Origin: Takakia lepidozioides
Taxonomy: Eukaryota; Plantae; Bryophyta
NCBI GenBank assembly: GCA_030704615.1
Contig: CM060731.1
Span: 94,612,001-94,676,000 of the forward strand
Direction of reading: 5' to 3'
Length of the DNA: 64,000 nt
The translations under genes and the position numbers were made by a program. This document shows positions 1 through 13,839 of this stretch, piece by piece (positions within the stretch are counted from its first letter, which is position 1; the number at the start of each line of letters is the position of its first letter). The notes under the pieces are model-generated. The model made no database searches. It saw only the letters and a list, made by a program, of their open reading frames with translations, and was not told where the DNA came from.

Positions 1-4
1 AATC

Positions 5-1011
5 ATGGTGGTGGTGGATAGGTTCAATAAAATGGGCCATTTCATCCTCACCAAGGAGACGACAACGGCGCAGGAGACGGGGCCACTTTACTTCGCCCAC
101 GTCTTCAAGCATCATGGACTCCCGAAGGATATTGTCTCGGACCGCGATCCAAAGTTTACGAGTAAATTTTGGAAAACAATTTGGAAGACAATGGGGACGA
201 GGCTCAAGATGAGCACGGCCTTCCGACCTACAACGGACGGCTGAACGGAAAGAGTGAATTCCGTGGTGAAGCAGATCTTGCGGAATTATGTGTCGGTAGA
301 CCAGTCAGACTTGGTGGAGCACTTGGATGCGGCAGAGTTCTGTTATAATAACACAAAACACTCCACAACGGGAGTTTCCCCTTTTGTATTGGTCTATGGA
401 AAAACACCTCTGGTGCCGACAAGTTGGGCCGCCCAGGACGGTGAGGAGCCGACAGCAGCAGCGGTGCTGGAAGAACGCGAGCGTTTGTTGGAGCTCGCAA
501 AGTACAACATTGCCAAAGCTAGGAAACAGTATGAACGACAGGCGAATCGGAAGCAGAGGGAAGTTAAGTTTGAGGCAGGCACAGAGGTCTAGTTGAACAT
601 CAAAGAATTTTCGACTACCTCCGGAAGTGAGTCCAAAGTTCGTACCTCCGTATGCAGGGCCCTTTCGCATTCGGAAGGTTATGAATGAGGATGTGTATGA
701 ATTGGAGCTGCCGGCAAATAGCAAGGTGCATCCGGTATTCCACGTTTCCCTTTTGAAGCCTTATTTCAAAGATGAAGTGCGTCCGAATCGGCATCAAGTG
801 TTGCGCCCGCCACCTGTGCTGTTGGATCATGAAAATGAACCTGAGTACAAGGTGGAGGAAATGGTTCAAGAATCGAGAAATGGAGTATCTCGTTAAATGG
901 AAGGGCTATCATCAAGTGGAGGCAACTTGGGTGCATGCCTCAGAAATGGGAAACGCATCCGAGGCGGTTGCAGCTTTCAAAGGGCGACCTCAAAAGTGGA
1001 AGAAGCGTTGA
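5..1011 (+). pseudogene. Disrupted integrase-chromodomain region of pol
   Basis: ORFs 5-244, 254-592, 627-896 and 772-1011 form one collinear integrase-chromodomain protein broken by stops (242, 590) and frameshifts. Confidence 0.92.
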
Positions 1012-1335
1012 TAGGGACATCAACCTTGGATCGTGGGGGAGGAAATGCATGCTTAGTCCGGCTTAGCTAGCTCAGGAATCCGATTGCAAAAACTTGTGTT
1101 GTACAAATTTTGTTTATAAATAAAATGGTTTCCAAATGTTATGCATCCTATTTTGTTTGGAATGGTGATGCATGGTATGGTTGGCTAGTAGAGTCAAGTG
1201 GGGGTTTGGTTCTTTGTCATGGGACGCCATGGTACGGAAACAAACTCCTTGATGTGGGAGGCCACAACTTGGATGTTAGTTTCTACAAAATGGACAAGTC
1301 GATGAGGACATCGACTCCCTGTTGGTAGGGGTGTG

Positions 1336-2063
1336 TGTCGCGGCCGTTTGCCTTGAGGGCAGGGGGTCGGGACACAAGAGGGGCTGCCCCTGTGGTGGGG
1401 GCAGTGGCAACAATAGGTATGGGGACTAAAGCAACCTTGAGTGCCCAAGGCACTCAATGAGGCAGAGGCACTCACTAGGTGGAGCCCCGCACACCGGGTT
1501 GCGGTGGGGGTGGTTCCACGAGGGGTGGTGGTAGCTTAGTGGGTCTTAGTGGGGGTGGCATAGGACTCACCATGGGGCAGAGACCATGTGGTGGTGGGAG
1601 TCATGGGGAGTCTTGGGACTCATCACGGTCCTTTGGGGCCGTGGTGGGTGGGCCAAGACTCACCGCGACTCATCACCGGGAGTCAAGGGTCTTCGTGGTG
1701 ATTCGCCATAAAAGGACGGTGTTGTTTGTGAGACCCCCGTGGACAGTCACAGAAGTATATATAGGGAGTAATAACCCCGAGAACGGTGCAAGCCCGTTGG
1801 TGACCAAAAACTAGTGAGTAAGCATGCGAGCCGGAAAGCGACCAAGGTGTGGGGAGCTGTTCCGGACTGCCAACAACCAAAGGGAATTTCCACTAGGCCC
1901 AAAGTGAGCGAGGGTCTTGTGGAGGAGCAAAGGGGGACCGTTATGTCCCGGTGAGCAGCCGAAGCTCCGAGTTGGCCCGGCGGCCAGTTTGGGAGTTAGG
2001 CGCGCACATCAAAGCGAGTAACTATGACTTGAAAGGGAGCTTACCGAAGTGAGGTGCGCGACA
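1336..2063 (+). repeat. 3' LTR (728 bp)
   Basis: Starts TGTCGCG and ends CGCGACA (7-bp inverted termini). Matches the reverse complement of 38195-38920. Confidence 0.95.
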
Positions 2064-2235
2064 GAAACGATCTCTGATGAAACGATTAGCAATTAGATTG
2101 TGGTTATTAGCCTAAATCGTGGTTGGATGGAAAACATGAAGTCCAAATTCCAACATGTGTGTGGACACAAAGTCCCTGCCGTAATCGGCTAATACTTTGT
2201 GCAAATGTATTATGCTGAGGTTGTACTCAAAAGAC

Positions 2236-5182
2236 AAATGGATTGGAGCGAAAGAAGAACATTTTGTGAAATAACCGGTAGTTGTTGCGAAAGAAGAGCA
2301 TTTTGTGAACGAGTTTGTTGCAGCGGAAGAACAAGTCGTCCCTGGACAAATAAATCACTATCGATAGACACGAGCGAGCCAAGGGTCATAAATTATGCAC
2401 ATTTCAATATGTAGAGGTTGCTTGGTTACATTGCACTTTGAACCAGGATTGTCAAAGGGAGAGAACAATGCTGGTTGAACAATGCTCACATTTGCGAACA
2501 GTTCCAAACTATCATTAGAGTATCCCATGTTAGAGATGCAAGACAGACAAGAGAAGCGGCCTCACTCCAAGTTTTCAACAATCCGGATCAATGGATTCCC
2601 TAAGTGAAAAATGGATTGGAGCGAAAGAAGAACATTTTGTGAAATGACCAGTGGTTGTTGCGAAAGAAGACCATTTTGTGAATGAGTTTGTTGCAGCGGA
2701 AGAACAAGTCGTCCCTGGACAAATAAATCACTATCAATAGACACGAGCGAGCCAAGGGCCATAAATTATGCACATTTCAATATGTAGAGGTTGCTTGGTT
2801 ACATTGCACTTTGAACCAGGACCGTCAAAGGGAGAGAACAATGCTGGTTGAACAATGTTCACAACTGCGAACAGTTCCAAACTATCATTAGAGTATCCCA
2901 TGTTAGAGATGCAAGAAAGACAAGAGAAGCGGCCTCACTCCAAGTTTTCAACAATCTGGATCAATGGATTCCCTAAGTGAAAAATGGATTGGAGCGAAAG
3001 AAGAACATTTTGTGAAATAACCAGTGGTTGCTGCGAAAGAAGACCGTTTTGTGAACGAGTTTGTTGCAGCGGAAGAACAAGTCGACCTGGACAAATAAAT
3101 CACTATCGATAGACACGAGCGAGCCAAGGGCCATAAATTACGCACATTTCAAAATGTAGAGGTTGTTTGGTTACATTGCACTTTGAACCAGGACCGTCAA
3201 AGGGAGAGAACAATGCTGGTTGAACAATGCTCACTACTGCGAACAGTTCCAAACTATCATTAGAGTATCCCATGTTAGAGATGCAAGAAAGACAAGAGAA
3301 GCGGCCTCACTCCAAGTTTTCAACACTTCGGATCAATGGATTCCCTAAGTGAAAAATGGATTGGAGCGAAAGAAGAACATTTTGTGAAATAACCGGTGGT
3401 TGCTGCGAAAGAAGAGCATTTTGTGAACGAGTTTGTTGCAGCGGAAGAACAAGTCGTCCCTGGACAAATAAATCATTATGGATAGACACGAGCGAGAGGA
3501 CCATAAATTATGCACATTTCAAAATGTAGAGGTTCCTTGGGTACATTGCACTTTGAACCAGGATCGTCAAAGGGAGAGAACAATGCTGGTTGAACAATGC
3601 TCACAACTGCAAACAGTTCCAAACTATCATTAGAGTATCCCATGTTAGAGATGCAAGAAAGACAAGAGAAGCGGCCTCACTCCAAGTTTTCAACACTTCA
3701 GATCAATGGATTCCCTAAGTGAAAAATGGATTGGAGCGAAAGAAGAACATTTTGTGGAATAACCGGTGGTTGCTGCGAAAGAAGAGCATTTTGTGAACGA
3801 GTTTGTTGCAGCGGATGAACAAGTCGTCCCTGGACAAATAAATCACTGTGGATAGACATGAGGGAGCCAAGGACCATAAATTACGCACATTTCAATATGT
3901 AGAGGTTGTTTGGGTATATTGCACTTTGAACCAGGATCATCAAAGAGAGAGAACAATGCTCACAACTGCAAACAGTTCCAAACTATCATTAGAGTATCCC
4001 ATGTTAGAGATGCAAGAAAGACAAGAGAAGCGGCCTCACTCCAAGTTTTCAACAATCCGGATCAATGGATTCCCTAAGTGAAAAATGGATTGGAGCGAAA
4101 GAAGAACATTTTGTGAAATAACCAGTGGTTGTTGCGAAAGAAGACCATTTTGTGAATGAGTTTGTTGCAGCGGAAGAACAAGTCGTCCCTCGACAAATAA
4201 ATCACTATCAATAGACACGAGCGAGCCAACGGCCATAAATTACGCACATTTCAAAATGTAGAGGTTGCTTGGTTACATTGCACTTTGAACCAGGACCATC
4301 AAAGGGAGAGAACAATGCTGGTTGAACAATGCTTTCTACTGCGAACAGTTCCAAACTATCATTAGAGTATCCCATGTTAGAGATGCAAGAAAGACAAGAG
4401 AAGCGGCCTCACTCCAAGTTTTCAACACTTCGGATCAATGGATTCCCTAAGTGAAAAATGGATTGGAGCGAAAGAAGAACATTTTGTGAAATAATCGGTG
4501 GTTGCTGCGAAAGAAGAGCATTTTGTGAACGAGTTTCTTGCAGCGGAAGAACAAGTCGTCCCTGGACAAATAAATCATTATGGATAGACACGAGCGAGAG
4601 GACCATAAATTATGCACATTTCAAAATGTAGAGGTTCCTTGGGTACATTGCACTTTGAACCAGGATCGTCAAAGGGAGAGAACAATGCTGTTGAACAATG
4701 CTCACAACTGCAAACAGTTCCAAACTATCATTAGAGTATCCCATGTTAGAGATGCAAGAAAGACAGAGAAGCGGCCTCACTCCAAGTTTTCAACACTTCA
4801 GATCAATGGATTCCCTAAGTGAAAAATGGATTGGAGCGAAAGAAGAACATTTTGTGAAATAACCGGTGGTTGCTGCGAAAGAAGAGCATTTTGTGAATGA
4901 GTTTCTTGCAACGGATGAACAAGTCGTCCCTGGACAAATAAATCACTGTGGATAGACATGAGGGAGCCAAGGACCATAAATTACGCACATTTCAATATGT
5001 AGAGGTTGTTTGGGTATATTGCACTTTGAACCAGGATCATCAAAGGGAGAGAACAATGCTCACAACTGCGAACAGTTCCAAACTATCATTAGAGTATCCC
5101 ATGTTAGAGATGCAAGAAAGACAAGAGAAGCGGCCTCACTCCAAGTTTTCAACACTTCGTATCAATGGATTCCCTAAGTGAA
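2236..5182. repeat. Tandem repeat, 8 copies of a ~360-374 bp unit
   Basis: The motif AAATGGATTGGAGCGAAAGAAGAACATTTTGTG recurs at about 2236, 2607, 2981, 3352, 3722, 4081, 4454 and 4822. Confidence 0.97.
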
Positions 5183-5774
5183 ATTTGGCTTTAAATCCAA
5201 AGAAAGTTCTCTGAAATGCAATCATGAGAGGGTTACATTTTTGCAACATCCATCTAATGCTGGTCTTGAACTTCTCATTTCTGTTCCCTTGCGATGACTG
5301 AAAACTAACTGAGTGGATGCCTGATCCCTATGGGTCCTTCCTGGATGTTTTTTTGGGGTTTGAAAATTCTTGACCACCTCAGGCCTGGGCGACGTACAAT
5401 CAATGGATGATATTAACGACCGAAGCGATTAGTGATGTTCATATAGAGCAATTGTAAATTGGCCTCTCCTGCATCATAAATAATTCACATTCTTTCCCTC
5501 CACAAAACCACGTAGATACACTATGCTGGTCATAAATATAAACTAAAAATATTTACGTACATGTTTGTAATGAGAGCATTTAAGTAATTGTCGGCTCACT
5601 TTACTTGCACATGATGGGTGTAATTTGCTGGATATCCCATTAACATTTCCACCTACATGTGATTTACATAGCGCAGAGTCTTGGTGCCATTTTTCATCAT
5701 TGACAATCATTTCGAAGTTTGGAAGGATCTAGTAGACCCGTGGTTTCACATGATGCTTTTTTTTTCCCATTCTC

Positions 5775-6251
5775 AAGCCATATGCTTAATGACAGCGTGT
5801 GCAATGTGCGTGCAAAATTTGGCAATGAACAAAAGTCATATGGACCCAAAACCATATTTTCCTCCCTCATTTGCTCTCCAAGGTTGAGTTTCTTCAACTT
5901 CATGCAAAGCCTACGACGTCGGGGGTGAATATTTCTTCTTGATGCTCGTCATTTGCAACTTTGCATATGTGATCTGAACATACTTAAGCACATGTGGACC
6001 AAATATGAGCTTGAACCAAGTTCAGTCAATGGGTCATTCGAGATTTCGACGCAACTACGTGTCGTAAAGACTAAAAATTGCATTTCGTCTGCACACAATT
6101 TTTTTAAATTCCACTTTCAAGCCATATGCTTAATGACAGCATATGCAATGTACGTGCAAAAATTGGGAGTAAACAAAAGTCATCTAGACCCAAAACTGTA
6201 TTTTCTTCCCTCATTTGTACTCCAAAGTTAAGTTCTCTCCAACTTCATGCA
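5775..6251. repeat. Dispersed ~130-bp direct duplication (5775-5906 and 6118-6251)
   Basis: Both copies read CAAGCCATATGCTTAATGACAGC...CCCTCATTTG...CAACTTCATGCA. Confidence 0.85.
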
Positions 6252-7255
6252 CTATTCATAGAGAGTTCTAAAATAGTGAGCAAATATATTTTATTTTATT
6301 TTATTTTATTTATTTTTTGTTCCAATCTTTTGCACAGATGTAGTGGTGGAAGGGTTGAATTCACAAAACAAATTTGAGTAAAAAAAAAAATCATTACGTA
6401 CCAGAAATCCCCAATCCTAAACCCCAAGGCTAGAGGGTACTGCGACGTCCGGGAGTCGCAACGTTACCATTTCCCCTTGGCCGCCCAGCTCGACGGTCCC
6501 GTCGTTGCTTAGACGGCCTAGCAACGCTCCAGCACGTCGGGGAGTCACAAGGATGTCATTTCCCCCTTGGCCGCCACGTGGCGAGGGCACGCCACCTCAC
6601 GGGGGTTGCGACTGCCAGAAGTCGCCCGTCAGTGGTAATGCAACGGGTTTGCGACGTCTTAGAGGGACTGCGATGTTCGGGAGTCACAGAGAGGCCCCGT
6701 TTAGTGTCTCTTTGCAAAGGTCATGGCAGAGGCCAAGGTCAATTGATCCCCTTCTTCCAATCTTTATAGTGCTCCTTCTCTCCTGCTGTATAACAGGGCT
6801 ATCTTGCATGCCGGTTAACATTATCGATGTTACGATGGTTCCTACCTTATACGTACATTCATAGTACCGTCAACGAACCAATGGGGATCACTCATCACCC
6901 AAGAATCCGTTAATGGCAATGGCTTTGGCAACATTGTTGTCTTTCATACCAATTTTGAGGATTCTTTCTTTTGCATCGAGATCATGGTAACCAAATCGAT
7001 TGAAGGGTTTCCAGGGATAAATCTTGGTCTGCACTTGTAGAACAAGAACCATGTCTTCCAACATTCTTGCCCTCGTACAAAACTCAACAATCCTAGAGTC
7101 ACTTTTCGAGTCACAACTTCACTAGAATGATTCCTAGATCGCCACACCTCCAAAGGATTTTTTTCATGGATTTTCATTTCAATCATAGAAATAAGCTACA
7201 TGCATGTACATGTACAATCAATCGAAGCGATGGCTACAGTTCTGTGCGAGAATTA

Positions 7256-8356
7256 TTATGTAGCTTTGATTACGTGTCTAATCAACTTGAACATCATCAT
7301 CCGGAGCTTCTTCGTCCTCATCAAGCTGCAAGTCTTTTTGCTCATCAGAGTCATTGTCATAAATGGCATGGTCACCAAAAGACACATCTGAATCATCTTC
7401 CACCTCGTTTTCATTACCATGTCTTCATCTTCTTCTCCAACATCCGCATCTGATGGAGCCTCATCATATAGGGTCCGGGATGCATTGTCTGGGGCGTCAT
7501 CATTCTCTTGTACCCCCTCTACCCAACCTCGGCCAACATCAGCATCATCATGACCAGTCTCTTCCTCCTCCGCATTTGCCTCGCCCCATGTAGATCCTCG
7601 ACCATGATAGATACGTCTTCCTCTTGGCTGAGCATGCACAACCACCTTCCAATTTCCTGATCCGGAGAAGAAAACTTGCTCCATGTCTGAAGGCCATGTA
7701 AAAGGCTCATCGAAGGGACGATGAGTAGGCTCGAGCCTATCTGTATTGACGCACATGAAACCACACTTGTCTTCCATTAGTGTTGCGGAGGGCCCCACAA
7801 GATGTGGCTGGAACCACCTTGCCTTGAAGATAAGAGGCTGGTGCCTTGTATACTGAAGTTGGAGTATGCTCTCAAGCTCTCCAATGTAGCTGAGTGTGCT
7901 CATGGTAGGTCGTGTATCTCCCTTGCCCCACACGGAGTCTTGCCAATATGCGGCACACAAGCCAGAACCAAATGTTGTTTTGCGTTTTATGTCAAGAGCA
8001 CAAATACGGAAATGACCACCATGAACCCAAACCGCCGTGTATGAGGTTGCAAATTGAGAGGGGCCCCTTGCAATGTCTTGCACCAAATCTGAAACCACCT
8101 CACCTTTCGCAATGGTGTCCTCAACTTTAGTCCGAAGCCAATGGTGGAATGAACTTAGAGGTTGCAATTCCATGGGCAAATCTTGTGAAGAAACATTCCT
8201 ACGTCGGCCCCTTGCTCGCGGAGCGTGTGTAGTCGCCCTTGCATGGTTCCGCCTCCACGCAACCGTCTCCTCCTGTCATTGTTGAACAAGGTTATTGTAT
8301 CTTGCCTCCCACTCATGTATGGATGGGGTGTTCTTCAGTATGAACCCATGCGCTTG
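7256..8356 (-). pseudogene. C-terminal part of a CACTA/EnSpm transposase (DUF4216-like region), cut at 8356 by a CACTA terminus
   Basis: QAHGFILKN at the junction, then YIGELESILQLQY...LIFKARWF...EPF...QVFF...WKVVV, which is typical of the TnpD C-terminus. There is an in-frame stop near 8276. Confidence 0.85.
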
Positions 8357-9150
8357 CACTACTACGTTTGGGGGGGGGTTTTAGCGATGCCTCAGCGACC
8401 TCCAAACGCCGCGCCTAGCGACGAAAATACACTACAGCGCTCAGGGCACGCCGGGGACAAATTGCGACGTCGGGAAGCCACCGCCACGTCGCTCCCGGAA
8501 CGTCGCAGATTAGCGCTAAGGGAATCGCTAATCCCCCGGGTCCACTAGCCACGACTAGCGACAGCCAAAAGACGCCGCCCCTCCGGGGCGTCGCAATATG
8601 GCGACTCCCAGGAGTCGCAACAAAGGGCAGGGAGGGGGGTCCATCCCTTCCCTGCGTCATGGGGACAGTCGCAAGGACGTCGCCCATTCCCAGAATTAGC
8701 CACGCGCTGGCGTCGCCACAATGGCGCAGCCTGGCGACGCCAGGAATCGCCATGACGTCGCCGCCATTTGGGGGCGTCGCTAGACCCCATGGGTAAGGAG
8801 GTTTGTAGCGACGTCGGAATCGCAGGGACGTCGCTAGCTCCATGGGAGGGCACGTTCATGTGCGACTCCCTGGAGTCGCAACAACGTCGCAGCCCCTTCG
8901 TGGCGTCGCTAGCTCCACGTTGGCGTTGTTCTGTTGCGACGGCGGGGAATCGCAACGGCGTCGCTGGTCGCACCCGGCCGTCGCGCCGGCGTCGCTGGGT
9001 GGGAGGGTAGCCAGCTGGTATTTGGGGTGGGGTTTTGGGGTTTTTTTTTTCGTTTGGGGGGGGGGGGGGGGGGTGTTCTTGGGGTTTGGGGTGTGCCTGT
9101 GCTTGCATGAAATGCATGCATTCTAATCTATAGGTTAGATTAGAATCCAC
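8357..9150. mobile_element. CACTA left terminus (TIR) plus subterminal repeat region
   Basis: Begins CACTACTACGTTTGGGGG and is followed by dozens of GCGAC/GTCGC motifs in both orientations. Confidence 0.88.
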
Positions 9151-9219
9151 ATGTCCATTAAGGTTAGAATGAGGATCGAAATGGTAACTGAAGAAATATA
9201 TACATAAAGCGAGTACTAC

Positions 9220-11480
9220 CTTTACATGTCTCTAACTGGGAACCATCCCTCACTCCTCATCACCTAAGTCATAGGTGTACTCGTCTGAGGAATGCAAGCT
9301 ATGCTGGGCCTCCAATTTGGAGGATGATGAGGCCGAGTCCGAGATTACATCATCCTTCGAACCACCCCCTACTACTGGCTCTCCCCATCCGGCCGAGCCA
9401 CTGAACTACCATCCCCACCCTACAGATGCACTATCCTCCGTCAATTGTGGCGTCTTGGCCATTGAGGCTACAAGGGCATTCCACCCCAGAGTCTTGCAAA
9501 AGTTGTGCTCGATGGCGGAGGGAGGCCTCTCAAACTTCTTTTTCTGCACATGACATACAAATGCAATGACAGGTCAGAATTCATAATGGAAGGGAGAAGC
9601 TAAAAAAGAAGAATGGGTATGACAAGAGAACACTTACGAATCAGGTGACAAAACTCTTGCTTCCGCCGGGGCCCCACTTGTGTGTTGATTCCGCACACTT
9701 CTCGAGGGCTGCAGTTGCCGTACGTCCCCTTGCGAAGATCTCCGCCTTCAGCTCTTCCCTCTCCCCTGCGATGAGAGCCTCCCAAGATTCTTGTCCAGCC
9801 CCAACAAAGACACTATAAATGTTAATGAACTGCATACCGCAATGAACATGCATTCAAAGACACCAATGACAAATGAAGTGCGTCTTACCTTGGTTATTCC
9901 ATGTGGCATGGTCGTTGGTTCGACCCCCGCCTTGAGTGCCTTGCGAATGGTTTGTGGCGCACGGTACCTCTTGTCCTTGAGGTTCTTTCCCACCAGCTCC
10001 AAGAGCTTCCCCTCATTCCACTCACCCGGAAATGTGCCCTCAAGTGCTTGCACGAATGCTCGCCTATGGCGATGTGATTGGTGTGGCCAATCAATATGCC
10101 AAGGGAACCACCTCGCCGCCAAGTCGAAGGCTACTTTTTTCATGGCCTCCCAATACTCACCAATGGCATCACCGACCTTATTGGTCTCTAAGGGGGGCAC
10201 CTTCATCTTTGGCAAATCAAGATTGCGGGGACCCGAGGTCTTTACCTCGTCCACGCTCTCTGAACTACCTCTCCCTTGTCTTTTGTTGCCCCGCTAATGC
10301 CCTCCACCGGCTGCACGCTCATCTGAACTAGCTCCCCCTTGTCTTTTGTTCCCCCACTAGTGCCCTCCCCCGGCTGCACCTCTCTCCTTCTACGCCTCTT
10401 TCTCTTACGCTCCCTCTCCTGGGCCTGTCCTTTCCCTTCCCCTCCACTACTTCCCTACCCTCCTTGATGATTAGGGGAACCGAGGACACGACGTCTGTTC
10501 CTCTTCCTCTTACCGTCTCCACGGGTAGGCACCACCACTGTCCCTGCTTTGTCGGTGGCAATCCCACTGCTTGCCACAAGCTTAGCCACGAATGCGCCAA
10601 GCTCCTGAACACAAAACCCACAAAATTAGAAACAAACCAGAAACAAAATGAAAGGCAAAGGAAAGAAAAAAAGGTGAAGGAAAGAGGCTCACCTTTGCAT
10701 CCATGACCTCAATGTTGCCCTCGGTCCCCGCTTGTGGTGCACCCCCCCCATAACGCCCTCTCGGAATAAGGGTGGAAGCCTATCCCATGCACCCAATAGG
10801 CTCGCAGGCGGCGCCCCAAAGTCCAGGGTCTTCTTCATTGACCGTTCAGGCGACGGACTTTTGCAAGGGGCCCTCCATAGCCAGTGTCACCCTCTCCTCT
10901 TCCCCCTCCCTTTTCCGTGCCCCCTTATTTCCCTCTTCTTGTCTTCCTCCCTCTTCCTTTCCTCCTCCTTCCACCTCATTGCGGCCTCCTTTGAAGCCTC
11001 CCTCTTCTCCCAAGGTGAGGAGGCCCTTCTGAGCCCCCCCCCTTATAAGCCCTCTTGGCTGCAGAAGAAGGGGAAAAGGCATTGGCGGTGGGGCTAAGAT
11101 CAAGTTGCCCATACCTGGCGGCAGATCTGAGAATGTGCTTCCCCGCGTAAAAGTCAGGGCCCTCCATCAGCCCGTGGGGGGGCGTCCCAGCTTGAACATT
11201 GGGTGCACCACCCTCAAGGAGGCTCATCCCCAGCCTTAACCTTCGAGGGGGTGGAGGCCTCGACGGCCTTACGGCTTGGTCCTCTCACATAGCCGCCTAT
11301 AGGGCTGGTGAGTTTGGACCAAGTGGACCGTGTCACACGGCCATCAATGATGGGAGCGTTGTCAAGCTTCCCTACCTTAGCGGCAGACGATTTCTGCTCC
11401 TTCGGCGGCGCCTTCTCTTTGTCCTTCGCTGGCGCCTTCTTCTTGTCCTTCGGCGGCCCCTTCTCCTTGTCCTTTGCCAT
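9220..11480 (-). pseudogene. Spliced second gene of the CACTA element (TnpA-like position), function not recognised
   Basis: Basic N-terminus MAKDKEKGPP..., exon-like ORFs (9748-10254 and others) with GT/AG boundaries, located between the transposase and the TIR. Confidence 0.55.
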
Positions 11481-11644
11481 ACTACCAGCTTATCCCTGCG
11501 CCCACAACACTACTACCGTGTGATTTCACATGCCAAAAACCAACAAGGCCTGACCATCCCCCGTCCCCTCTCTTCCTCTCCCTATATCTTTATGTCTCTA
11601 TATCTTCGTCTCCCCCTTTCTCTCTCTGCTGATAAGCAAAAAAT

Positions 11645-11965
11645 GAAAGAGGGGGGGGTGGGGGTTGGTGCTGAGAGCACCAACACTTGCTGCTGCTGTC
11701 AGCCCCCCACCATTCCAAAAAGAAAAAAGAAAAAGGTGGGGGGGACTGAGAGCAGCAGCAGCAAGTACTTGCTGCTGCAGCTCTCAGCGCCCCCCACCAT
11801 TGCCAAAACCAAAAAATGAAAGGTCGGGGGGGGGGGGGGGGGCTAAGACCAGCAGCAGCAAGCTACTTTCAGCACCCCCCACCATTCCACAATCAAAAAA
11901 AAAAAAAAGGTGGGGGGGGGGGAGTGGCTGAGCAGCAACAGCTGCTGAGTCACTCCCCCCCCCCC
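11645..11965. repeat. ~4 tandem ~90-bp hairpin units (polyG-CTGAGAGCAGCAGC...GCTGCTGC...CAGC-polyC-polyA)
   Basis: The best unit at ~11740-11795 is an inverted repeat centred on AAGTACTT. Confidence 0.8.
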
Positions 11966-13690
11966 AACCTTTTTTTATTTTTCTTCCCTCATCTCTTCCT
12001 TCTCTCTCTCCCTCTCTCCTCTTCCCTCATTCTCTCCTCTCGCCCTCTCCCTCTATAAATCTTTGGATTTCATCTGGCCTTAACCTTTTGAGGTTATTTA
12101 GTTTTTCATCCCTGCCTTTTTCATCCAAATCTGGATGAATTATTTATTGGATTATGAACTTAATACAGAAAGCTAGAGTTACCATCTATTTTTTTCATCT
12201 AAACTGGATGATCTACATAAATAATGGTTACCTATTATAAAATCCAAGAGAATAATAAAACTACCATCATAAATGAGGCAGTTATTAAACCTAAACCTAT
12301 ACCATAACCCTAAAAGATACATTCTATGGGATGTCATCCAGTGACACCAAAATGCCTATCTTGGTATCCATCCTGGATGAAAAATCGGGAAGTTTTGCCC
12401 TAAGCAGGCCGACACACTTCAAGCACTGAACTCGGCTTCAGTGAACCTGATGATGCGCCGTATAAACCTGCTCCCTGCTGCTACATGGTACTCGTGATTG
12501 CTAGCTCTTGGGAGCGCAGTGGTGGTTAAACAGATCTTCTATGGCCAGACGCCTACATTGCCTTGATTGCTCTGATCTGAACTCATGGTTCTTTATTTTG
12601 TGCAACGGCGCTTTTACTCCTTGTTGGGACGTACTCTATCCCTATTTCCTACAAGTTGCCTGCTATCTCTCTTGTATGCCATCTCTCTCTCGTGAACGCT
12701 TCTACTCTATTGCGTTCTTTGGATGAATTGTTGGACGCCTATGCGGACCCATGGCATACCACCACACTCAAGGTTTTGAGTTTACCATTGCTTGAATTGT
12801 GATCTGTACTTGCTTTAGAATTCAACACTGACATGGATCGGCAACTGTGAAGACTGCCCTTCCCGTGCATCCTCACCACACACCTCGCTATGTGGTGGTT
12901 TTGGACGGCACAGGTGAGGGTCTTCACTTGTCTTGATTTCTTGAAGCTGGCGAGAGTTCCCTGTTCTTGCAAGTGTGGATACTGCTGCTGCCCTGCTGAT
13001 GCTGCTGTTTGCCATCTGCTGTTTCAAATGCTGCCACCAGCCGCTTCGCTGCTCCAAGATTGCGCTCCAATGAGGATCTGCTTCTCTCGTTACCCCTGTT
13101 TTATGGTTTTTTACAACCCACATTTGCATGTTTAGGAGTTTAGCTATGAAGGATACAAGGATACCCAAAATACGCAGTTATTTACTTTGACTTGCCTTGA
13201 TACTTGGCTCTGAGAATGAGAACTCTTGGATATGAGATGAGCTGGATCAAAAGGAGTCTAGGCTTTGATAGATAACACACATTCTTCAAGGCCTCATATC
13301 ATTTTGGTTTCATGGCTTGATAACCAAACAGGGGTTTCTGAGCTGCTCTTTCACCTTGGCAGAACTACTTTATGTGGCCTTAAATACCATTCTAGAACTA
13401 TCCCTGTCTACTATACCTACTTAGCGGGCCTGAGGCTTTCTAACATTTGCTTCTCTTCCTAGAATCTTGCTTAATCTTGGTTCGAAAACATCATCTTCAA
13501 ACCAAAAACCTGCAATCTGGTTTTTGAAATGAGTTTTAAGATGGATTCTTGAGATGAGATGTGTACTATGGTGCTTTCATGATATGATAATGACCTGGAT
13601 AATCCAACCCTCCCGCCCTGTTTTTTCAGAGACCCTGAAATGTAATTGGGTATTCAAATGAGATTGTAAACATGAAAGAGAATTCTACTC
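11966..13690 (+). repeat. Unclassified dispersed repeat 'X', copy A
   Basis: Collinear similarity to 13840-15104 plus 26460-27700, and to the reverse complement of 33770-35520. Confidence 0.9.
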
Positions 13691-13839
13691 CTTTGGATAA
13701 ATATTATCTGAGGATAGAACTACATGGAAGAGGGAAAACCTTATGAGAAGAGGTCTGGTATGCACTCCTTACGGGGTGAGTGCATACCACATTTACTCCG
13801 TAAGGTTCTGCCATGCCAGGGGATTGGCTGGTGGGGTCC

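Larger units (their letters stand above)
1..2063 (+). mobile_element. 3' part of a Ty3/gypsy chromovirus-type LTR retrotransposon (integrase, chromodomain, PPT, 3' LTR); begins before the window
   Basis: Integrase motifs (VVVDRF, IVSDRDPKFTSKFW, STAFRPTTDG), GPF module (PYAGPFRI...HPVFHVSLLKPY) and chromodomain (EYKVE...YLVKWKGY..EATW). A purine-rich tract at ~1323-1335 precedes a TG..CA LTR. Confidence 0.95.

Noticed and set aside
2236-5182. Repeated exon-intron gene or repeated 65-80 aa ORFs in the satellite
   Set aside because: The putative minus-strand exon between CAG and GTGAG is 149 nt (not frame-preserving), and no protein motif is recognisable.
6335-6700. Additional CACTA terminus (ATGTAGTGGTG at ~6338)
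   Set aside because: The match is imperfect and it faces away from the GCGAC-rich tract at 6440-6690, so no boundary can be supported.
8225-9150. GC-rich ORFs here and at 32700-33650 and 48740-49300
   Set aside because: These are by-products of GC-rich subterminal or low-complexity repeats, with no domain signal.
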